Shown here piece by piece: positions 53,435 to 64,000 of a DNA stretch of 64,000 nt. A model generated the notes under the pieces. It worked only from the letters and a program-made list of their open reading frames with translations, made no database searches and was not told where the DNA came from. Origin of the DNA: Lophium mytilinum (taxonomy: Eukaryota); assembly GCA_010093605.1 (NCBI GenBank), contig MU004201.1, positions 248,001 to 312,000 on the forward strand. The letters run 5' to 3'. The stretch's first letter is position 1; each line of letters starts with the position of its first letter. A program made the translations under genes and the position numbers.

Positions 53435-56400
53435 TCATCCGTAGAGCGTTGTCATGATTAGGGCGAGTAGTGGCTCCTAATGTTTAGGCTTCCGGAAGGA
53501 CTTATAAGGTCCTTTTGCTTTTGGGTAGGCGTGGTGATAGTCCATAACAATATCACGGCAGTCAGTGACACTGGTGTAGGATTCCTATTGAGGATTGGCG
53601 TTCCACTTGGGGTGACCGGTGTAAAGGATCTTATACTGAAGCAGGCCTTTTTAGTTTATAGCTGGGTCGAGCATGGCCTTGTTGATACGTAAGTCAACAA
53701 TTTCGTCGACGTCCCATTGCTTGTAGCCATCTTTATCTATTTTGACGGGTCTAGGTTCTTCCTGGATCTGGCCTTCCAACGGCTCGTGCGTGATGCGATG
53801 AAGTAGCTATGGGTGGAAGGCGTTAAATACTCCCTTTATAGTACGTAGGAGAGACAGCTTATAGGCGGCGTTGTTGATAACCCTGGTGACTTTAAATGGA
53901 CCGAGCTGTTTATGATCGAGTGACTTGTTCGGTCGTTGGGTCTTGATATTGCGTGCGTCCAACATGACTTGGTTACCGACTTTGAACTCTGTAGCTGGTT
54001 TTCGCTTGCGGTTGGCGAACTCTTCCTGTCTGGCTTGTACCCAAATCAATTTGTTACGGAGGAAGAGGCGGAGGTCGTTTAATCGCTCGGCGAGCGCATC
54101 GGCTTTCTCTCTGAGGGGCTTCTGTGGTCCTTTAGCTACGGAGTCGTTGGCTGGTTCAAGACCGGAGCGCGGATTGTACCCTTTTGTTGCAACGAAAGGA
54201 GAGACGCCGGTGGTTGTCTTGTCTAAATTCGCTTCGAATTCGGCAATAGGCAGGAGGTCGGCCCAGTTGTCTTGCTTATAATTGACATACGCGCGTAAAT
54301 ACTGTTTAAGGGCCATGTTGGCGATTTCCGTTTGTCCATCTATTTTAGGATGAAAAGCAGTGGAGAGCTTTGGCTTTGTTCCAACTCAAGCGCATAGCCG
54401 CTTCCAGAAGTGGGAGACGAATTGAGGGCCTTGATCCGAAACGATTAAGTACGGGTATCCTTCTTCTCGCCATATCCATTTGATAAACGCCTGGGCGATG
54501 TCCTCAGCCTCCATGGAGTCCATGGCGATGAACTTCCTCTTTTTCGAGAATTGGTTAACTACAACCATGATGTGTTTAAGCTTGCGACCCCATTGTTCGC
54601 AGATTGGCAGAGGAGTGATGAAGTCGACTGAAATATAGTGCCAGTATCGGTCTGGAATAGGCAGAGGGCGGAGTAGTCCTTGCTTGCCTTCACGGGAGTA
54701 TTTTGATCTCTTGCAAGCGAGACAGGCGCCGACATATTGGTCTATATAAGAGGTTATCTGTGGCTAGTAATAGTACTTACAGAGCCGTGCATAGGTTAAT
54801 GTTGTCCCGGCGTGTCCAGCGGGCTTCGGCTCGTGCATGGATCGGATGATATGAGTGCGCAGTTGCTTGATATCCGGAACGTAGAGCCGCTTACGGATGT
54901 AGAGGAGGTTGTCAACGACTTCGCAATCGCCTAGTTCTATTCGCAAGTGATGATCTCGACAGAATTGCGCAGGCAGTCGTTGTTGGTTGCGGCGCTTGGC
55001 GTATTTGACAGCTTGTACAACAGGGTCGCTTTTGGAGTGCTTTTGGATCCTTTGAAGAATTTGATCACCCGTGAGGACTGCTTTAGATGAATCATTTAGC
55101 TCATTATCTGCAGGCAGTTTCTCGACAGTGGAATTATATAGCTCATCCGCTGGGGGTGTCTTATCCTTCTTGGGGCGTCCTCGTGGGCGAGCTGGACCAG
55201 AGTCATTTATCTCGTCTGGTGTAGCTGCCGTTCGGGGCGTTTTCCTAGGGCGTCCTCTTGTGCGAACGCGCGGTCCAGAGTCATTTGGCTCATCTGGAAC
55301 GGCGGGCGGAGGGCGTATGCGCGTGACTGCTGCTAGGTGGACGTCGTCGTTGTCCGGGTAATTGAATTCACTGAAGTCGTATATTATCTCGGCCAGTTCG
55401 ACAGGGGTACATTCGAAGGTGTCGGTTAGGATGTGCGCGAGCTTGATGGCGTGATGCATTCCTGGTTCGTAATTGGATGGCTTTAGCATGACTTGTTCTT
55501 GACATTTGTACCTGTCATCTCCTGGGGCTGGCTCATTACCTGGTCGTTGAGTTAGCAGGTCGGGTTTCTTATTCTGCTTGCCTGGTTTATAGGTGATCTT
55601 AAAATTGAACTCGGCGAGGAACTTGGCCCAGCGAGCTTGTCGACGATTGAGGCGCTTGGAAGTCATGAACGTTTGAAGGTTCTTGTAATCTGAGATGACG
55701 TTAACGGGGCTATTGCACTCCTGTCCTTATCCAGCGAGTTCCGGTCTCTATTCTTTAAAGGCGAGTACTATGGCGAGGAGCTCTTTGTTGTAGATAGCGT
55801 AGTTAATTTATTGTGGTGTTATACGTCTTAACATGAAGGCGACTAGGCAAAGCGTTCCGTTGGGCTAGACCTGTAATAGCACGGCTGCAGTTGTATAGTT
55901 AGAGGAATCGCATTTAACCCAGGTGTCGTAGTCGGGGTTCCACAGTGCAAGCCATGGGGCTGCGCGAAAGCATTCCTTAACGTTGCGGAACGCTTTAGCT
56001 TCGTCACTGTCGTCTGGCCATGGGAACTTGAAGCCTTTTTAGACAGCTAATGTAAGCGTTGTTAATGGAGCTGTAAACGCGGAGTAATCAGCGATGAAGT
56101 GTCTATAGAAGTTGCAGAACCCAAGGAAAGCTTAAACGTCTTTGAGGTTTCGTGGCGTTGGCCAGTCTAACACTGTTTGGACCTTTGATGGGTCCATCCG
56201 AACGCCGTTAACGCCGACGAGGACACCGAGATATTTGACTTCGTCGACGGCGAACTCGCATTTGTGGATATCGAGGAACAGTCCGGCGTCGCGAAGCTTG
56301 GTGATAATTGTGAGGACGTGCTCTTTGTGTTCTTCTAGCGTGTTGCTGTATATTAGGACGTCGTCCATGTATGCAGTGCAGAAGTTGTTAAGGTATTTCC

Positions 56401-57946
56401 GTAAGGTATCATTAATATAGGCCTGGAAGGAACTAGGTGCATTATATAACCCGAACGGAAGTACTATAAATTTAAATAACCCCCAACGGGTGAGGAAGGC
56501 CGTCTTGTGCTCGTCGCCTTCCTTAATTCGTAGTGCGTTGAATGCGCTGATTACATCGAGCTTGGTGTAATACCTGGCTTTAGCTAATAAGGCGAGGGTG
56601 TCTTTAACGAGTGGTGGCACGTTGCGGCTCTTGACGCTAATTTCGTTAAGGCCGCGGTAATCAATGCAGACTCAAAGTCCTCCTCCTGGTTTCTTGACAA
56701 CTAGCGTAGGTGCAGCGTATAACAACAAGCTAGGGCGGATGAATTCTTTAGTGCGCATTTCGTCGACGAAGGCTTTAATAATGGCGGCTTGGTCTCTTAA
56801 GAGGCCGTATACCTTGCGAGCAGGTGGTTTAGAGCCGGGGAGGACGTCAATCGCGTGATCTATTAGCCTATGAGGTGGTAGTTTATTTGCTTCTTAAGGA
56901 TCCCATGCATTAGCTATGTAATGGAGCCAGTTAGGAAGTAAAGCTTTAATTTCCTAATTCGTGATAGGAGGGCGGTTCATTTTCTCAAAGAACTTGCGAT
57001 AGTCAGATGGGTCGATGGCGAAGATATTAGCGGTGAAAGCGGCTGTTTGTGCATCGTAGAGAACGTTATTAATTTTAGATAGGCCATACAGAGCTGGGTC
57101 TGCTTCCGGGGTGGATGTTTGTAGAGGATGAGTTGTGGGCTGAGGCCGATGGCGTTCGTGATCCTCCATTTGTTGTAGTTTTGTCTAATCGTCATCCTGG
57201 AGTTGGACGATATGGTCCTCTTTGCCATCGCGCTAGAGCTTTTAGCAGGCTGCCATTATGTTCTTTGCCTTGTCTAGTTCCAGGCCGAGTTTTCGATACT
57301 TGTTAAAGACTTCTTGAAGTGCGGTATTGTACATGCGCTTGCCCACTTAGGCGATGTTACGGTCTTTGCTATCGCTCTATACGCGTCTGCATCTATCTAT
57401 GTGTAGACAATAATTGTAGCAGAAGTCTTTGTTAAAATTAAGGGCGTGCTCGCCCTATATAATGCTAGGCTCGTGTTTCTTAAACCATAGTGTGCCTAGA
57501 ATGACATTGTAGCCTTTAAGGTCGGTGATATAACACTATATGTTCTCTGTGTGAGCTCCTAAGGACAGCGTAAGCTGGGCCTTATAGGTCACGAGCTTTA
57601 TGGGTATGCCGTTGGCTAAGCGTAGGGGAATAGGAGTGGCCAGCGGAAGTGTTATCAGCTTATTGGTTTTGGCGTACGATCGTGAGACGAAAGCGAAGCA
57701 GGAGCAGCCCGTGTCAGTAAGGCAGCGGCTGCTGGTCGTGCCGATAGGTGTATGAATTCTGCACTTGAAATTCAACTACTTACCGTGAGTGACGTCTTAG
57801 GTTAAGTCGGTGGAACAAGCTAATAGCTGGATTTCGCCGGGCTCTGGGGGCGGCCTTTCCAACTCTTGGATACGGGCCGTAATAGCACTTAGAAAGAATT
57901 CTGCATGGCTCTGTCCGTGACTATGGTTAGAGCCTACGCAAAACCC
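53435..57946 (-). pseudogene. E pol (PR-RT-RH-IN-chromodomain)
   Basis: ORF pieces give CLTDTGCS (protease), [12 protein letters not shown] (RT), IVSDQGPQF (integrase) and LGPFKV; chromodomain WDVDEIVD ~53520-53720. Confidence 0.95.
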
Positions 57947-60462
57947 TCTCCCTCGCTGTTGTTGTTGCTGCTGCTGTCGCTCAGGACGCTGGAAGATGAG
58001 ACTTCATCGGCGTGAGTGACGATAGCCAGGTCCTCTCTATCGCTGTTGATAGAGATTAGGTCGTCATCATCCTCGTCGGCGTAGCAGATTGCGGAAAGCT
58101 TAAGCTCGAGGCCACTGTCGGCTTTGGATAGGCGCTCGGTCAGCTTGCGCTTGGATAGAGGGGGGTTCTAAGCGCAAGGGCGCTTGGGGTTATTGGCTTG
58201 GTGACCCTTCTTAATGCAGTGGAAACAGTAGCCTTTAGTGCGCAGGACCGCTGTAACTGCGGGAGGGAGGTGAATAGGGCAGTTGCCCTGATCCTTGTTG
58301 TCGTCGCGAGTCGATGACTGTTGTGCGTAGCTCTGCTTGGGGCGGCGGTCTTGGTAGTTATTCAGTCGGTAATTACTTAAGCGGTTGTTGCGATAGCCAT
58401 TGCGGAAGCCGGTTGGTTAAGAGGGCTAAGTAGTTGCGTTACGCTAAGCGTTGTTCTAAAGGAAGGCTTTAGCGCGGAATACCGCAGCGACAAGCGTAGG
58501 CCAGTCTGGATAGCTATTGGCGCTGCCGAACACTTAGGCACTAAGGTCTGGGCGTAGAAGGCGTTCAAGCCATCCTTTCTTAGACGCGAAGGGCATCTAG
58601 TTCTCGTTGTTAATGTTAGTCATCTCTTTAAAACGTAGCATGTACATGTCCTATAACTCGCGGCCCTTTATCTTTGCTTTAGGGCTGTAGAGGATATTAT
58701 CTATATGCGCAGGCTTGTTAAAGATAGTAAAATATAGGTCCATGTACGCAAACATCTGGTCAAGAGTTGTAAAGTTCTTGTTTAGCAAGGGCTTCTCGAA
58801 CTGGGTGTAGCTGCGGATGGTTGCTTCTGCGTAATCGACGCAGTATAACTTAACGTATTCCATCTTGCTCTGCTTATCTGGGTAGGCCAGCCCTTTATGT
58901 CGGAAGACAGCGTAGGCATGGCTCTTCTAAGATAGGTATCGGTGTTTGTCGCTCTTGCCAGCGAATTCCCAGAGGTTACGGAATTTAGGTTTATGGTCTC
59001 CGTGGAGTTGCAGGCGCGCGAGCTGAGTCATGGCATTATTATCTGTGACAGCGAAGTCGTCGCGATCAGCGTCGTCATCGTTGTTGTCTCCTGAGTTGTA
59101 GTTGAGGTCGCCTGCGGCGGCGGCGGCGGCGCGACGTAACTGTGCAGGCGCTGATGCTGCTTTTCGGTTTACTTTTAAGTCAGTGTACTGCCGCTTGTAT
59201 GTAAGGCCAAGTTCTTTAAAGTGATCGCGCTGGGTTTGTAGTTAATCTGAATCCCATTGTGCTGTGGCGACGTCCTGACGGAGGGCTTTATTTTCCAAGC
59301 GTGCCTCGCCTAGCAGGAGGATTTTGGCTTCGTAAGCTTTCCGTTCAGTCGTGAACTGGCGGTTGTGCTTAGTGTACGCCTTCTCGTTCTCTAATTAAAG
59401 ACGCGCAATGTCTTTAGTTAGTTGGGTGACTTTGGCTTACAGGCGTAAGATCTTATCGGGGTCCTGAGCTTGGTTACGAAGGGTAGTTAGCTCGGCGTCT
59501 CGGGCTCGGCAATCCTCTTGAAGAGATTCTAGGTTCTGCTAGAACGTAGCGACTCCATGGTACATGTCTTTATAGTATTTAGGAACTGCGTTACGGAACG
59601 CTTTGGCAGAGTCGAGATTAATGTCAACGGCGTTGGCGACTCCATCGCGGTTGACGTGGAACGTAATTCCTTCGGCTGTTGTGGCGAAGTACGACTTGCG
59701 GCGGCTGGAGTTGCGGCGTGCTGGGCCTGGTGTAGGCGATTCTAGGTTAGGCCGTGATGGCATAGCTGTGGTGGAGGGACTCTGCGCTGATGGGGGTGGG
59801 TTGTCTGTGCGTTCCTCAGTGCGCTGGGCTTCCTAAGTGAATGGAAGGACTAGGCTGGCAGGAACGTTGTCGTTCTGTACGTTAAGGAGGTCGCCTTAAG
59901 CGAAGTGGACTACTTTCCGGAGGTCTGTGGCTGACTAGAATTGGGTGTTGTCGTCTTCTTCGTTAAGTTCGTCGAGCTCCTGGTCTAGTTGTTCGTTGTC
60001 TTCCTCGTCGGAGGTAATACGGAACTCTTCGTCCTCTAGGTCGAGAGAGCGCTTGCTGCGCTGGAGGATAGTAGTTGGCTGGAGGCGGCTGTAGGCTGCG
60101 GCTGCACCTGGTCCAATAGTACCAGCCTTTAGTGTGTGGAGTTTGTTGCGAGCGGCTAGCTGCTCTAGGGTAGAACTGACACCGTACTGAGATAATTTAC
60201 CTGCCTTTTTGCGTAAGGCTTTGGCGTGTCGGGTCTCTCGTGCTTACTAAGAGTTAGAGGCCAGTGTTGACTGGGTGGCTTGGCTGTTAAGGGTAGGGTA
60301 TAGGTTAGTGTTGCCACTCTTGTCGGCGTGTACGCCGCCAGAGGGAGCTTCTAAATGCGCTGCAGCGTGTTTACCGCGACTCGGTGTTGCAGGCGGTTAA
60401 TTCTACTTGTGGGGTCTTAAATGAGGAGGGACTGGTGTTAGGGGGTTGCGCTAGTCAACCAT
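57934..60462 (-). pseudogene. E gag (~843 codons, RIP stops)
   Basis: ATG 60462 is in frame with ORF pieces 59539-59763 and 58651-58863 and with TAG 57934-57936. Knuckle CFHCIKKGHQANNPKRPC ~58175-58228. Confidence 0.85.
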
Positions 60463-60928
60463 TGCTAGTTAGGTAATGGTGGATAGTGTCCTGGTAGGTG
60501 GACGATAGTCCGGGTAGTGGGACGGAGAAAAAGATTAATATAGGTAGAAAGGTTGTAGGGCCTTCGTGAGAGCTAGTAAGTAGACGTAGCTGGTGCGCTC
60601 CTTGGCGGCCTTTCTTGGCGGCGGAGTTGATCAGTGAATGACTGCGCTTGGTTTGGTTAGTTTGCGCATGCGCGTGCGGGTAGGGGCGCAACAGCAAGCA
60701 GGTTTATAGGGCCTGCGCGTTGGTTTGTATGCACAACGGGGTGTAGCGTCCTTGCTATGAGGTTGTAGGGCCTCCTGAGGTTGTAGGGTCTCCTTCCGTT
60801 TCGGTTCCTTGTTAATGAAGGTCACGGGAATCAAATTTTAGTAGCTGTAGGGGCGCCGGTATGTATGTATATAGGTAGAGAAAGAGTGCTTCCGATGTCT
60901 TCTGGAAGCTAGGAGGGTAGCTACTTTA

Positions 60929-61149
60929 TATCACGGTGCAATACGGGATCGTGATAGAAAACTAGATAGTATTAAGTATACAACGAAGTAGCTATAAGGA
61001 GAGAGAGTAGGGCGCGGAGCGCCGGCCGAGAGGTAGGCGAGGCTGGCGCTAAGCGAGGTTAGGTGACGGTGGCACGTGATAGAGGCCACGTGACACCGTT
61101 GCCTGTGACAGGAACGTATCGCGATAAGGGTCGCGTTACGGCCATGACA
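60929..61149 (-). repeat. 5' LTR of E
   Basis: Minus strand TGTCATGG...CCGTGATA. Confidence 0.97.
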
Positions 61150-64000
61150 CTAACATTATTAAAGCTAAAGAGGATCGGGACTAGGCCTTTAATAACCGCG
61201 ATAATGCTATCTAAGATAGAGATAACGCTATCTACGCTAGAAACCTTAAGAATAAAATTATATATAAACACGTCGCTAATATAGCAGCGTTTACCGCCTA
61301 GATAGATACTATTAACGCAATAGCTACTAACTATATTACTAAGCTTAAAGCCTATAGCAAAGCTTTAGCTAAGCGTATTACTAAGCTTAAAGCCTATATT
61401 AAGAACGTTAAAAAAGCTCTTACTACTACTAAAGTCTATATTAACAGCCTCTAGAATACTACTATCTACAGTTCTACTATCCGCGGCCCTATAGCCCGTA
61501 CTAATAGCCTACCCCCTAATAAGATTACTACGCAACTCGCCGCTACTATAAGCTATTAATGTAAGCTTATAGCCTATATTATAGCTAAAGAAGGCGCTAA
61601 GCTAGAACTACGCCCTTCTATTCTACCGGGCCGTAATTATTTACGCGGCCGCGACCGCCAGCAACGCGAACCCTCGCCACCCCGCCGCCCTAATAAACAG
61701 GACCATGTGCGCTCCACCGGGGGCGGCGGCAAACCCCCCTCTAATTCCAGCAACAGTAATAATAATAAGGACTCCCGTAACCGCAATCTAATTTACGCCC
61801 CTTAACCGCGCACACCGCTTTATATAGGACTAGACGGCGCTTTACTACCTCTATATAATATTAATTATAGAACCCGCGCCGATTAAAATAAAGACAAGAC
61901 TATACCACACCCCCCTAAGTATAATAGCGATAAGGCTAAGTATATTACCTAGCGCTACTAGGTTCTTAGCAAGTTTAACTACGGTAGCTGCCTCTATTGC
62001 TATAATAAAGGCTTCCGCCTTTACTTCCTTAGCATATGCCTTACTAGCACCCCCCTTAGTAACTACGTAGCGCGGATAATAGGCTATTAGCCCTTTTACA
62101 CCCTAGATAAAGCTATTAAGTATCTTAACGTTAAAAACCTGCTGCACAACCCTAAAGCTCTTACTTCTTAGCAACTTAACTAGTTAATATAGGGCAATAA
62201 TAACCTTAATATATTCTACGCAAAATACTAAGCGCTTATAGTATAACTGCTAAAGCAAGAATACTATTAGAATGTTACCGCGCTTAAGGTAAAGATCCGC
62301 CCCGGTATTACTAAGCCTGCGGGCGTTCTAGGAAAATAATACAAGAAAGAATATAAAGTTATTAACGCTTACTGCACCTAGCTCCTTAATTAGGCTTTAG
62401 TAGACTATACCCAGCCCCGCCGATAATATAATAACTAGCCCGGATAGTATGGCTAGCAGCCTAACTCCTAAACTAATAGCTGCCGCGGTGGCTACCGCGG
62501 CAACCGCCTATAGAACCCCCCTAACTAGACCCTTATAGGTTAGTTTTAAGCCACCTAGAACTAGGTCTCTTAGAATACTTAAAACTAAGGCTACTAGAAC
62601 AACTAAAGCTAAGGATAAGCCTAGAATATAATAAATGCGCCTAGCTAGAATTGCTAGATGTCCGCACTACAGACACGTAAAGTCACAAACTTCCCTGTTA
62701 GCGTTCCCGCTAATTAGCAGCGCCTAGCTCTAAGCCGTCTTATAGATAACTAAAAGCGTTAGCTTATAAATAAGAACTGTTACTTCTACTACTAACTTGT
62801 TAGCTGTACCTCTACTAACTAGCAGTACTCTATAGAGCGTTCTATACTCGCCCTATAAGGCGTTAGCACGTACCCTAATAATATTATAACTCTAGCCCTA
62901 GCCCCGTCTATAATATACGCCCTGTCTACTTACGCGGCCCTATCTATATACGCTCTATCTACCTACACGCCTACTATGTTTACTCTAGCTCCTACTAAAG
63001 TGGGTATTAACACTTCTATCTTATCTAGAGGCGCCGGAGGACCGTTTATAGGTTACGGCCAACCCTAAAATTAGAGCCAACCCTACTTAGAAAATGCTCG
63101 GTCCTAGATTATAGTCGCGATCTAGGGCGTATTTTTACTTAAGCAGTCTAATACTATAAAAATAAAGAATCCACACAGTTATAGTTAAGAAGGTTAGTTA
63201 TTCTAGCTGCCTCTCTTAGTAATAATGTTTAAGCGGGTTAAACTAATAAAAAGACCCTCTATAGCTTTCTAGTACTAGTAAAGATCTAGCGTTTCTATAA
63301 AGAACAACTACTAGATATAATTAAAGAACACCTTTACAGCGACACTAGAGTAGCTAATAAATTTATAGATACTACTTATGCGCACTAAATAAACTTCCCT
63401 ACCCGCCCCTTACCTAAATTACAAATACTTGAATTAGCTAACGGCTCTGCCGTCGCTAAAAAGATTACCCATGAAGCTCTTATTCCCATCGCTATTTAAG
63501 GCTATTAGAGCCGCAAATAGGCCTATATTACCGACCTCGGCGACTATAATATTATCTTAGGCCTCCGCTAGTTCTAGCGCTACAACCCGGCTATTAACTA
63601 GGTTACCGGCAAGATTAACTTTATAAAAAAGAAATATAATAGGATTTTCTATCCATATTACTGTTACTATATAAACAGCACTAATAGCGCTATTACCTAC
63701 GTAAAAGGCTTAGCACTACCTAATTTTATATATAATTATAATATTATACAGCCTTCTAATTCTATAGACTCTGCGCAATGTATAGGCGTTACAGCCTACC
63801 TTACTATGCGCCGTATAGCCGCTGTTAAAGAAGACTAACTTAATAATTTACCTTAACACGTCGCAGCCGACCTCGCTAATACCTGCAAGGATTTCCTAAC
63901 TTGTTCAAATCACCTCCAGGTCGTAGCTATGCAAACGAGCAACGTACCCGTTTACCTCCGCAAACTAGCTATACGCGATATTAAGAAGTTTATAGAAGTT

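Larger units (their letters stand above)
52936..61149 (-). mobile_element. Full-length Gypsy chromovirus E (family of B), lightly RIP-mutated, nested in D2 gag
   Basis: 221-bp LTRs at 60929-61149 (5') and 52936-53156 (3') with 3 transition differences. TSD CTAAC at 52931-52935 and 61150-61154. PPT 53157-53169. Confidence 0.97.
51986..64000 (+). mobile_element. Gypsy element D2 (5' LTR 51986-52187, gag, protease), interrupted by E and running off the window
   Basis: Homologous to D1. Gag ATG 52294; gag resumes at 61155 and ends TAA 63244-63246; protease LYSDTR(G)VA at 63332-63352 and YNIILGLR*F ~63545-63575. Confidence 0.88.

Noticed and set aside
53070..53692. Plus-strand ORFs 53070, 53186 and 53480 (also 61063, 12159, 8349) as extra or env-like genes
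   Set aside because: They overlap LTRs or are antisense to pol, and have no recognisable motifs.
9665..64000. One large inverted segmental duplication (D1+B versus D2+E)
   Set aside because: B and E have different insertion sites and TSDs and are much more diverged from each other than D1 is from D2, so these are independent insertions.

Overview
This window is fungal (filamentous ascomycete-type) repeat-rich DNA. I found no intact host gene and no RNA gene. It is a nest of about 13 LTR retrotransposon copies and fragments, nearly all Ty3/Gypsy (most with chromodomains), degraded by RIP-type C>T/G>A mutation. Three elements are complete with paired LTRs and target-site duplications (TSDs): A (374-8598, +), B (12167-20432, +) and E (52936-61149, -). 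B and E belong to one family, and each is inserted into a copy of another family (D1 on -, D2 on +). A 530-bp non-autonomous Copia-type mini-element (8741-9270) has 72-bp LTRs and a half-tRNA-iMet primer binding site (PBS). About 5 kb of heavily mutated non-retroelement sequence (36971-42028) spans an N gap. The most notable observations are: two AT-hook motifs plus a chromodomain in the Pol of E; a single-ORF gag-pol with a C2H2-like finger in A; Tf1-type self-priming complementarity in five copies, with a compensatory change between B and E; and conserved -1 frameshift cassettes. All calls come from manual reading and translation, with no database search. Element letters are my own labels.
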